DNA of 52,443 nt from a virus. Lineage: Duplodnaviria > Caudoviricetes. The notes under the pieces were generated by a model that saw only the letters and a program-made list of their open reading frames with translations, was not told where the DNA came from and did no database searches. How positions within the stretch are numbered: the stretch's first letter is position 1; every line of letters starts with the position of its first letter. Of the stretch, positions 1-7,929 are shown piece by piece. The stretch is taken from the IMG/VR virus record IMGVR_UViG_3300039037_000119, positions 1 through 52,443 of that record, one strand, 5' to 3'. Position numbers and translations under genes: made by a program.

Positions 1-2
1 TA

Positions 3-53
3 GTAAGGAACGAACAAGGACAGCCAGTAGGTTGTAAAGGGTTCGTAATGTAA
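3..53 (+). CDS. 3' end of a truncated hypothetical phage protein (..VRNEQGQPVGCKGFVM*)
   Basis: Open frame from the window edge to TAA at 51-53, followed directly by a terminator. Confidence 0.5.
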   Translation, partial: VRNEQGQPVGCKGFVM

Positions 54-60
54 AAATAAG

Positions 61-100
61 GTGGATTGGTGGCTATTAGTTACTAATCTGCTTTTTTTTT
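61..100 (+). terminator. Intrinsic terminator
   Basis: GTGGATTGGTGGC / GTTACTAATCTGC stem (several G-U pairs), TATTA loop, then T9. Confidence 0.7.
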
Positions 101-117
101 ATTAAGAGGATAGGACA

Positions 118-147
118 TTTTTTTTTTTCTATTTTTTTTTTTTTTTT
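118..147. repeat. Poly-T tracts (T11 and T16)
   Basis: T11 at 118-128 and T16 at 132-147. Confidence 0.9.
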
Positions 148-307
148 CTAGAAAAAGTAAAGAAAACATAAACTTACAGTAAGAGAAACACTAGATTGGT
201 ATGAAGTAATAAATATAGAGCACTCTCACGATCTAATAGAAGGTAAACCTCCTATTGAACAAAGGTATACTTTATTTAAACAACTCTACGAAAAATAAGG
301 AGATACT

Positions 308-514
308 ATGCCTATTACTGATAAAAAGATAACAGCTGTATCTTTGGGTACTAATGATAGCCATGAGATTATTTTAATGGTTACAGAGTCTTTTACCTTA
401 GCTGGTGAAGTCTCTTGTAATGGGGATTATTTCCCTGATAGAAATAATATAGTAACAAGACCTGCAAAGGTTAAAGATATCCCTGCTGTATCTAAAATAC
501 TTAATTTAACCTAG
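308..514 (+). CDS. Hypothetical protein
   Basis: ORF with AAGGAG RBS upstream. Confidence 0.7.
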   Translation: MPITDKKITAVSLGTNDSHEIILMVTESFTLAGEVSCNGDYFPDRNNIVTRPAKVKDIPAVSKILNLT

Positions 515-781
515 GTGTCTATCATGAGGTCAGAACTTTTAAAGCTTACACCAAAGCAACAAGAAATGATGCAAAATATCCCAGTAGCAATACATTACGA
601 AGGGGTATTTGAACATATCACTATACTCTCTGTAGAAGATGATTTTAGTTGTATTGGGTTAAGGTGCACTATATGTCCCTTCAACACTAGCTCAACCATT
701 ATAACATGTAAACCTGATAAAGAAATCTTAGAAACCCTACGTAATATTGCTAAAGAACAGCACCCACAACTCTTTATATAA
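515..781 (+). CDS. Hypothetical protein with C-terminal PE-tag variant (HPQLFI*)
   Basis: ORF track; C-terminus matches the shared motif. Confidence 0.7.
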   Translation: MSIMRSELLKLTPKQQEMMQNIPVAIHYEGVFEHITILSVEDDFSCIGLRCTICPFNTSSTIITCKPDKEILETLRNIAKEQHPQLFI

Positions 782-861
782 AAGTACCCAAAACATACAC
801 AGAACTTTTTAAAAAATCGTTATTTTTACATACACTAACCTACATATAAAAGGAGTGTTTT

Positions 862-1203
862 ATGGACCTTAAAGAATTGCTATCAGAAGATATGACAATT
901 ACGATAAAACGACTTAGAGTAGAGAAAGAACAAGATTGGGTTGCTTCAAACAATAATGTTCCTATCCTAACTATTCCAGAGGGTGTCAAAATCCAAATCT
1001 TAATGCCTACTAATAATGCTACAGTCCGATTCTTTGCATTCCTCCCTGATGGAACTAGAAAGTCAATCTATTGGGACGATAAAGGAGCATTAGCTGCTAT
1101 GGATAAACCTTATTGGGAAGTCTATCCTGTAAATGGTGACGTATCTAGGCACTATGCAGATGATGAAGATGGTCTATGGGAAGCTATAAAAGCACCTATC
1201 TAA
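862..1203 (+). CDS. Hypothetical protein
   Basis: ORF with AAGGAG RBS. Confidence 0.8.
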   Translation: MDLKELLSEDMTITIKRLRVEKEQDWVASNNNVPILTIPEGVKIQILMPTNNATVRFFAFLPDGTRKSIYWDDKGALAAMDKPYWEVYPVNGDVSRHYADDEDGLWEAIKAPI

Positions 1204-1258
1204 ACTTAATAACTAAAAGGAATACACTTATTTCTATTCATGTACCTAGGAGGAAAAT

Positions 1259-1750
1259 ATGAGAAACCCACTTAGGACCTTCTTACATACCTTTTATAAG
1301 GCATTTACAGAACACCCATTCTATTCACTCCTATTTGTAGTAGGTATTCTTATTTTTTTCTTAATGCCTATACTCTTCGTAATAGGAGTAATACTAGTTA
1401 TTGTGTATGAATCTTGGAGTACTCGTACTACAAAGACAGACCACACTTATGTGCCTCACGATAACAGAGAAGTACCTATAACATCAGGTATCTATACACC
1501 TAGATCAGCAAAACAGGCTTACTTAAACTCCAAAGATTGGTGGAAAAAGAAGCAACTCATACTAGCTAGAGATAACTACAAATGTCAAATGTGTGGAGAT
1601 ACAGAAACCCAACTCAACATACATCATATCACTTATGAACGTTTAGGAAATGAAGACCTAGGTGATCTGGTATGTATATGTGAAACCTGCCATTCTGCTC
1701 TTCATGCAGAACTAGGTTACGCTCAAGACCAAACTTATCCTATCAAGTAG
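1259..1750 (+). CDS. HNH endonuclease with N-terminal transmembrane segment
   Basis: RDNYKCQMCG..LNIHHITY..DLVCICETCHSALH (CxxC-HH-CxxCH); hydrophobic stretch at residues ~22-50; AGGAGG RBS. Confidence 0.85.
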   Translation: MRNPLRTFLHTFYKAFTEHPFYSLLFVVGILIFFLMPILFVIGVILVIVYESWSTRTTKTDHTYVPHDNREVPITSGIYTPRSAKQAYLNSKDWWKKKQLILARDNYKCQMCGDTETQLNIHHITYERLGNEDLGDLVCICETCHSALHAELGYAQDQTYPIK

Positions 1751-2181
1751 AGGTTACTATGAAAGAGGGGTATCATGTAGTTGCAGGAAATTACGAAGAT
1801 AATCCTATAAATATTAAATACACTAATACTTTTGATACTCTTGAAGAGGTTATCAAGATGTAGATAGTATTTTTAACTGTTCTGTTGTTTATATTATATA
1901 TAAAGAGCGATTCTTAGATTTAATATATAAAGGATTTACTTTATAGGAGTATATTGATGAGACCAGAAAACATATTAATGAATAGCTTAGCTATCCTTAT
2001 CATAGGTTCTATTATACTTTATAACATACCTTAAAATAGATTGTCTAAATCTATTACACCTCTCTTCTCCCTATTCTCTATATATATAGAGACTTTGACT
2101 TAAACTATCTTTTGTAAAAGCTAGTTTAGCATATATTCAAAGAAAGTAAATACAAATATAAAAATTATTTTAGGAGCCATT

Positions 2182-2478
2182 ATGGAAGATTTTAAATGGT
2201 TAAAGAGTAAATACGGTAGTGATGGATGGGAATGGTACTACAGACAATTAAAATTCCGTACGGTAGTTCTTTACAGCATACCTCTCCTTATACTACTTGC
2301 AATAGTAGCAGTACCTGAGTTGAATATTCTTATAACACTACTATTACAAATAGTTTCTTTAATTATAGTACATCAAATAGTTAAAAAAGATATTAAAGAA
2401 ACATCAAAGAAAGCAAATAGTTTTATACACTGGTACTTTAAAGACTTGGAAGAACGTATCAGAATACTATCTAAATAA
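2182..2478 (+). CDS. Hypothetical membrane protein
   Basis: Two hydrophobic segments; AGGAG RBS. Confidence 0.7.
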   Translation: MEDFKWLKSKYGSDGWEWYYRQLKFRTVVLYSIPLLILLAIVAVPELNILITLLLQIVSLIIVHQIVKKDIKETSKKANSFIHWYFKDLEERIRILSK

Positions 2479-2483
2479 ACAAT

Positions 2484-2560
2484 GCTTCGGTAGCTTAGCG
2501 GTCTAAAGCATCCGTCTCATAAACGGGAGAGCAAGGGTTCAAATCCCTTTCGAGGCACCA
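2484..2560 (+). tRNA. tRNA with CAU anticodon (elongator Met or lysidine-modified Ile2)
   Basis: Acceptor GCTTCGG/TCGAGGC, D stem GCTT/AAGC, anticodon arm TCCGT-CTCATAA-ACGGG, T arm AAGGG-TTCAAAT-CCCTT, encoded ACCA; G1-C72 pair and no triple G-C in the anticodon stem argue against initiator. Confidence 0.93.
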
Positions 2561-2577
2561 AACATAAAGGATTACTT

Positions 2578-2817
2578 ATGCCACATCTAAAAATATTCAA
2601 TACCTTATATCACATAGATGAAATTAGAGTAGTCCATCCACCAACAAAAGAAACCAGTAAGAGATATGCCAGTAACTTTAAAGTAGATTTTGAATTTAAA
2701 ACTTTAGACTATCTGACAGGTAAACCACTAACTAGATCATATAGATTCGAAAATAAAGCAGAAGCGGATACATTTTTTGATAAACTGGTAAAAGACCTAG
2801 GAGCTACTGATGTCTAG
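2578..2817 (+). CDS. Hypothetical protein
   Basis: ORF with AAGGA RBS. Confidence 0.75.
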   Translation: MPHLKIFNTLYHIDEIRVVHPPTKETSKRYASNFKVDFEFKTLDYLTGKPLTRSYRFENKAEADTFFDKLVKDLGATDV

Positions 2818-3016
2818 TTTATATATACGAACACTAAATATTATATATTCTTGTAAAACAGTACCTCAGTACGAGGTAGCTGCTTCTTATATAGAGCTGA
2901 CAGACTTACCGGAAAGCTATAAACAAGGTTTACGTACCTTAGTGTATACCAGTATAGAGTCTTTAAGGAGCTACAATGATAAACTTAATACTAGCAAAAG
3001 AACGGAATATATCTGA
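2810..3016 (+). CDS. Hypothetical protein
   Basis: ORF with AGGAG RBS, overlapping the upstream gene. Confidence 0.65.
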   Translation: MSSLYIRTLNIIYSCKTVPQYEVAASYIELTDLPESYKQGLRTLVYTSIESLRSYNDKLNTSKRTEYI

Positions 3017-3308
3017 ACATAATATACGTAAGATAGAAGTCGCACATGAGGCCATAGACGCTCTTTTTTCAACTCCTTTACATAATCCTACTAAAGAAGA
3101 TATAGAACGTCTTAATACTATGCTAGAAGGCTTAGAATTCTACCTCCAATATCTATGGGGTTTTGACCTAGATCCTACATACCATACATACAAATGGAAA
3201 CACCCTTCCTGTACTTGTCCTACCCTAGATAATCTAGAACGTTTAGGCACTCCTTACCACATCATCAGTCAGGACTGTCCTTTACATCAGGAAACGTGTA
3301 ATTTGTGA
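2976..3308 (+). CDS. Hypothetical phage protein with C-terminal Cys/His cluster
   Basis: CTCPxxDN...CPLH, a putative metal-binding motif; AAGGAG RBS. Confidence 0.75.
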   Translation: MINLILAKERNISEHNIRKIEVAHEAIDALFSTPLHNPTKEDIERLNTMLEGLEFYLQYLWGFDLDPTYHTYKWKHPSCTCPTLDNLERLGTPYHIISQDCPLHQETCNL

Positions 3309-3341
3309 AGTGTTTTTAATGATGGATACAGGAGAAGAATA

Positions 3342-3674
3342 ATGAGTGAAAAAGAAGTACAAGCACTAGACCGTTCAATGTCAGAAATGATAACTACAAT
3401 AACAGAAGCTATTGAGCGTATTAAAGAACTTGAAGCCTATAGTGATAATTTATTAAGCTATATCGTTAGACTTTCTAATACCTTCACAATTAGTCCAGGG
3501 TTACACTTTGAATTACAAGAGATTGCTAAACAATCTCCTCAATATTCAATTAAAAAAATAAAAGCTGATGCTATTCGTGAAACGGCTAGAGAACTAGACA
3601 AGCTATATACAGACTGCGATGTTGTAATTGAACTAATGACTAACTACGCAGACGAATTAGAGGGTGATTTATGA
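3342..3674 (+). CDS. Hypothetical coiled-coil protein
   Basis: ORF with AGGAG RBS; helical heptad pattern. Confidence 0.7.
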   Translation: MSEKEVQALDRSMSEMITTITEAIERIKELEAYSDNLLSYIVRLSNTFTISPGLHFELQEIAKQSPQYSIKKIKADAIRETARELDKLYTDCDVVIELMTNYADELEGDL

Positions 3675-3757
3675 AAGATGAAAATGAGTTAGAGGGTAAG
3701 TTATGCATAAACAAATCATAGATAAACAACTATATAACATAACCAAAGAAAAAAAAA

Positions 3758-4390
3758 ATGATCAAGATAGATAAGTACTCAACAGGTAAGTACTCAACAG
3801 GGAATCGCTCAACAGGGTATCATTCAACAGGGAATCGCTCAACAGGGTATCATTCAACAGGGGATTGCTCAACAGGGTATCATTCAACAGGGGATTGCTC
3901 AACAGGGAATCGCTCAACAGGTAAGTACTCAACAGGGGATTGGTCAACAGGGAATCGCTCAACAGGAAATTGGTCAATTTCAAATTACTCAACAGGGCAT
4001 TTTTCAACAGAAGATTATGCAGGTTTTGGGGCTTTTAATAAACCATGTACCCTAGAAGAGTGGGGTGAAGCTAAGAAACCTGATTTCATTTACTTTAAAT
4101 TAACGCAATGGGTTCCTTCTGAGGGAATGACAACAAAAGAAAAAGAAGATAACCCTACCCATAAAATAACAGGCGGGTATTTAAAAGTATATGAACATAA
4201 AGAAGCTTGGAGACAAGCATGGGAAAAAGCAACAGATGCCGACAAAGAATTACTATATGCTCTACCTAACTTTGATGCAGAAGTGTTTAAAGAAATCTCA
4301 GGTATTGACGTAAACGAAGATAGTACTAAAGAATTGACTATCGCTGAGATTGAAAAACAACTTGGTTATAAAATTAAAGTGGTGAAATAA
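3758..4390 (+). CDS. Phage pentapeptide (xxSTG) repeat protein
   Basis: 16 five-residue units (KYSTG/NRSTG/YHSTG/DCSTG), then TGGYLK..AW..LPNFDAEVFKEISGID typical of phage NTG/STG repeat proteins; C-terminal ELTIAEIEKQLGYKIKVVK module. Confidence 0.85.
   Translation: MIKIDKYSTGKYSTGNRSTGYHSTGNRSTGYHSTGDCSTGYHSTGDCSTGNRSTGKYSTGDWSTGNRSTGNWSISNYSTGHFSTEDYAGFGAFNKPCTLEEWGEAKKPDFIYFKLTQWVPSEGMTTKEKEDNPTHKITGGYLKVYEHKEAWRQAWEKATDADKELLYALPNFDAEVFKEISGIDVNEDSTKELTIAEIEKQLGYKIKVVK
3773..4012 (+). repeat. 15-bp coding tandem repeat (core TCAACAGG)
   Basis: About 16 imperfect 15-nt units, in frame within 3758..4390. Confidence 0.95.
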
Positions 4391-4431
4391 TGACTGATTA
4401 TATCAGTTGAAGCTTTTGAGAAATTGGAGGA

Positions 4432-4665
4432 TTGATTATGTTTAAAACTTATGAGTACGCTAACAACAATGGCAGTTTTGTGGCTTTCTTGGTAATGCTT
4501 ATTGGGATTATCAGCACAATAGTCGTCTTTACTCTGTTAACAGTGGCGTTTATCGAGTGGAAGATTGATTACGCAACAATTAGGGCATTAATCGCTTTCT
4601 CTGTACTAACCCAAGCACCCACTGTATTTGTGTTCTTTCATAAAAGGATGAACAAAGATGCCTAA
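4432..4665 (+). CDS. Hypothetical membrane protein (likely start ATG 4438)
   Basis: Two hydrophobic segments; GGAGG RBS. Confidence 0.65.
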   Translation: MIMFKTYEYANNNGSFVAFLVMLIGIISTIVVFTLLTVAFIEWKIDYATIRALIAFSVLTQAPTVFVFFHKRMNKDA

Positions 4666-4745
4666 AAAAACTAGAAACAATTAACGAAGTCCTACACGCT
4701 TTAGCTAATGGACATGAAGTGGAAGCAGCAGATAGGAAGCTTTGA
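4658..4745 (+). pseudogene. Small ORF broken at an A7 tract
   Basis: Removing one A at 4664-4670 gives MPKKLETINEVLHALANGHEVEAADRKL*. Confidence 0.4.
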
Positions 4746-4770
4746 CATCTATCAATTTAAACTATAAGAT
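4742..4770 (+). promoter_or_regulatory. Sigma70-type promoter
   Basis: TTGACA (4742-4747), 17-bp spacer, TAAGAT (4765-4770). Confidence 0.65.
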
Positions 4771-4776
4771 AGTTTA

Positions 4777-5060
4777 ATACATGAACTTAACTGAATCCAA
4801 AGCTGTGAATCAGCAGTTGATAGCTTACTATCCAGTGATACATTGTTGGTATACTGAGAATACCAGAAGTACTCCCTTGCTTGAAGATGGGAGCGTTTTA
4901 TTGACTACGACATGTTCAAAGGTAAGAGCCTGAACCACACACAGGCATATGGTGGTGACCATAGCTAAGCATCGACATAAAACCAGATAGTATAGGGATA
5001 TACTATTGTTTAGGTTTAATCCTCGTTCGAGGTGGTCAAGCTTCGAACCCTTGACCTACA
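4777..5060 (+). ncRNA. Candidate structured ncRNA (~280 nt)
   Basis: ORF-free region after a promoter with at least 7 hairpins, including ATAGTATA-GGGA-TATACTAT (GNRA loop) and a terminal GGTCAAG-CTTCGAACC-CTTGACC. Confidence 0.6.
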
Positions 5061-5157
5061 TACAATTTTTACACCAGAAGAAGTAAACCTAGCTGCTCAA
5101 ATCTCAAATACATTCACATTATGTGAAGTATTTTTATAACCTAAAAAGGATAATATA

Positions 5158-5892
5158 ATGAAATTCCCAATTAAAATGACCTCAACAGTTTCAAATGCAG
5201 TAGTAGAATTTGATTCACCGACAGCAGGCATTATCTTAGATAAAGGAACTAACGAATTCCTAGAAGAAGGCACCTACGTAAAAGGCTTAGTTGCTTGTAC
5301 AAATACTTCTTTATGGAAAAAAGTAGGTTCCTCTAATGAAGATAAATACCCTCTAGTATTACGCCATAAAGCACGAACAGAAGTACATATAGTCATGTTA
5401 GATGAAGACACTATTATACCTATCAACGCCCCTACAGAGGATAACAGGAAACAAATCAGCTTAGAAGGGACACACTATTCAGAACTAGGGTTAGAGATTA
5501 TGCCTGATGATACTGTATACCCAGTAACTATCGTACATGATGGTAAAACATTTACATTCGATACCCTATATACAGGTACTACAGATGAAGGTGATAGTTT
5601 TGTAGGCAACAAAACACATATCGAGCTTCAAGAAGCTTTAGATAGCCAGGAAGAAGAAGGATCTCAAATGTTTGAAGGTGTCCAAGAAATGTTAAGCACC
5701 TTAAAAGGAAAAGTAGCAGACCTTGTAAACCCTGATAAAGACCATCACTACCTAGCTTTTAACGGAAGAACAGGTCAATACGAACGTATCTCTTTAGAAG
5801 GTACTCAAATCCTTTCTATTGAAACGCTAGACCTAGAAACAGTAGAAGGTATGGCAGCAATGGCTAACGGAGAACTAAACAGTACTCACTAG
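5158..5892 (+). CDS. Hypothetical protein with internally repeated small domains
   Basis: Three segments starting KFPIKM / KYPLVL / VYPVTI; AAGGA RBS. Confidence 0.8.
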   Translation: MKFPIKMTSTVSNAVVEFDSPTAGIILDKGTNEFLEEGTYVKGLVACTNTSLWKKVGSSNEDKYPLVLRHKARTEVHIVMLDEDTIIPINAPTEDNRKQISLEGTHYSELGLEIMPDDTVYPVTIVHDGKTFTFDTLYTGTTDEGDSFVGNKTHIELQEALDSQEEEGSQMFEGVQEMLSTLKGKVADLVNPDKDHHYLAFNGRTGQYERISLEGTQILSIETLDLETVEGMAAMANGELNSTH

Positions 5893-5901
5893 GAGTAAGC
5901 T

Positions 5902-6096
5902 ATGTCTAAGAATAAATGGCAACATAAACTAGATGCTCACACAAAAAAGAAACCTGGGAAACAAGATTCTTTTGTCTACATCACTATACCTCTTACATAT
6001 ACAGAAGATGATGAAGAAGACCTGGCTTACTACAGGTCTATGGCTAATGAGTGTGCTTTAGAGCATCAAATGGGGGGCACAAGTGAATTCTACTAA
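5902..6096 (+). CDS. Hypothetical protein
   Basis: ORF with AGGAG RBS. Confidence 0.65.
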   Translation: MSKNKWQHKLDAHTKKKPGKQDSFVYITIPLTYTEDDEEDLAYYRSMANECALEHQMGGTSEFY

Positions 6097-6322
6097 TCTA
6101 TATAAGCTATACATGTATACAAAATATCGTTCATACTTTATAACTTATAAAGGTAAAAGAACCTACTGTCACCCCTCTATAAAAAAAGTTGTAACAATTA
6201 CCGGTTTTCCTGTAAAGGAAGAAGATAGGCCTTTTTTTGACCATACAGAACTTATCCTAGAATCCACTAAACCAATAACCTTAAATAATATAAAAAAGCA
6301 CTATCCAGAGCTACTTGTATGA
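6083..6322 (+). CDS. PE-tag small protein (HYPELLV*)
   Basis: C-terminal motif; ATGA-coupled to the next gene. Confidence 0.75.
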   Translation: MNSTNLYKLYMYTKYRSYFITYKGKRTYCHPSIKKVVTITGFPVKEEDRPFFDHTELILESTKPITLNNIKKHYPELLV

Positions 6323-6585
6323 AAACTATTATATTTTTACTATCTATACTATATACCTCTAGCTCTTATGCAGATTACCAAAATGAAGCATTAGAGCATG
6401 AATGCTTACACCAGCTATACCTAAAAAACGGTAAAGCTCCTTATAAAAAACTAGGGTCTAAATACACTGATTCTTATGGTATCGCTAAAGTAAGTTACGC
6501 AAACAAAACCTATAAATGCCATTTTAAAAAAGTAAGAAAACGTTACGAACTAAAGGAGGTGTTATATGGAATATCGGTTCTATAG
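6319..6585 (+). CDS. Putative secreted/periplasmic small protein
   Basis: MKTIIFLLSILYTSSSYA resembles a Sec signal peptide; two Cys in the mature part. Confidence 0.65.
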   Translation: MKTIIFLLSILYTSSSYADYQNEALEHECLHQLYLKNGKAPYKKLGSKYTDSYGIAKVSYANKTYKCHFKKVRKRYELKEVLYGISVL

Positions 6586-6784
6586 GTATGAAAATGCTAT
6601 AGCAGTACTAACATACCACAAAGTACGTTATACAATGTATAGGAGCTACCAAAAAGCACTAGATTCCTTTCTAGATTACTCTTGGGAGTACAGAGAAGTA
6701 GATTGTGTAACTGCTATAAATACTTGGAATCAAGAACCTTTACTGAAGATAACAGAAAAGTCTCATCCAGAATATTTTATCTAA
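6566..6784 (+). CDS. PE-tag small protein (HPEYFI*)
   Basis: C-terminal motif; AAGGAGG RBS. Confidence 0.8.
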   Translation: MEYRFYRYENAIAVLTYHKVRYTMYRSYQKALDSFLDYSWEYREVDCVTAINTWNQEPLLKITEKSHPEYFI

Positions 6785-6794
6785 GGGAATTAAT

Positions 6795-7226
6795 ATGAAA
6801 CATTTAAAAGTAGCAAAACTAAACCAACTAATTACAACAAACCAAAACGAATTTAGAGCCGGTTGCGTACTATCAGAAAAACGTCTATGTGAACTAGCAT
6901 CGCTAGATATCCCAAAAACTTATAAGTCTCCTAAAGAAGTGCAACAATTCGCTCTTAAGAAGATGAGTTTCTACGTAACTTTAAATAAGCTATTAGCTAA
7001 ACGTGGTTTATACATCACTGCTAAAGACTATTACACAGAGTTTAAGATTCTGCCTAAAACAAAAGTACAAGGTAAAGTAAAAAACCTAGACCACCGCTCT
7101 AAGAACTACACGACTTCTGCTCGTGTTTTGGCTCAAGGTGAGCGTCTATACCACTCTACCTGGAAACCTTTGACTCCGGATGAAGAAATGGAAGTATCCT
7201 CTAGAGTACAGCAAGTGACTTTATAA
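6795..7226 (+). CDS. Hypothetical basic protein
   Basis: Lys-rich ORF with core-gene-like codon usage. Confidence 0.8.
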   Translation: MKHLKVAKLNQLITTNQNEFRAGCVLSEKRLCELASLDIPKTYKSPKEVQQFALKKMSFYVTLNKLLAKRGLYITAKDYYTEFKILPKTKVQGKVKNLDHRSKNYTTSARVLAQGERLYHSTWKPLTPDEEMEVSSRVQQVTL

Positions 7227-7235
7227 GTATTTACC

Positions 7236-7577
7236 ATGTATATACTTATTAAATTAATGAACAGCCCTATATACAGTATTCCAGAAGGAACTTCTGATAA
7301 TGTTAGATATACTTATTACGGCTGGTCAAAAGATATAAAAACTGCAATAAACAATAAGTCTTTTACTACTATATCTTCTTTATACCTACTACATCCAAAA
7401 GAAGCAAAAGCATATATCGACCCAGGTCTTCCTACTACCGGAGAAGATTGTTATATACCACTAGAAAACTGGATAAAATTCTTAGAGATGGTAGATAAGA
7501 TTAAGGTAATTATAAAGCAAGAAACGCCTATCACATTAAGACAGATAGAAACGTACTACCCGGAGTTATTATTATGA
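7236..7577 (+). CDS. PE-tag small protein (YYPELLL*), paralog of 7574..7921
   Basis: Shares YGW and PITLxQIET with the neighbour. Confidence 0.8.
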   Translation: MYILIKLMNSPIYSIPEGTSDNVRYTYYGWSKDIKTAINNKSFTTISSLYLLHPKEAKAYIDPGLPTTGEDCYIPLENWIKFLEMVDKIKVIIKQETPITLRQIETYYPELLL

Positions 7578-7921
7578 CAGAAGATAATGTATATTTAATA
7601 TACGTAACTACTAACACTCCTGAACAAGAATACAACTATACTATGCTTAGCGGTAAGCTAGATAGTGAGAATATTATGTGGTATGGTTGGGCTTCTAAAA
7701 TACCTGTATTACTACGTCGTGTAGGCGAGCCAGAAACACTCGTCTATGCTGATATACCTGATAATAGGATTACTGAAAACATACCGCCAAACAAACCTAT
7801 CCACTTATCTCAATGGTTATCAGAACTCGAACACTCTAAAGAACTAAAGCTAGTAATAATACAAGAAGAACCTATAACTTTAACCCAAATAGAAACAGAT
7901 CATCCCGAACTATTAATATAG
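7574..7921 (+). CDS. PE-tag small protein (HPELLI*)
   Basis: C-terminal motif; paralog of the upstream gene. Confidence 0.8.
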   Translation: MTEDNVYLIYVTTNTPEQEYNYTMLSGKLDSENIMWYGWASKIPVLLRRVGEPETLVYADIPDNRITENIPPNKPIHLSQWLSELEHSKELKLVIIQEEPITLTQIETDHPELLI

Positions 7922-7929
7922 AGGTCATT

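Noticed and set aside
1759-1945. Possible frameshifted small gene after the HNH gene
   Set aside because: A 34-codon ORF with an RBS is followed by an open alternative frame, but there is no motif or slippery site to support joining them.
3762-4007. Minus-strand ORF with LLSDS/LLND repeats
   Set aside because: It is the antisense shadow of the pentapeptide repeat.
3773-4012. Regular short repeats as a possible CRISPR array
   Set aside because: The period is 15 bp with no unique spacers and the repeats are in frame within a protein; no cas operon is present.
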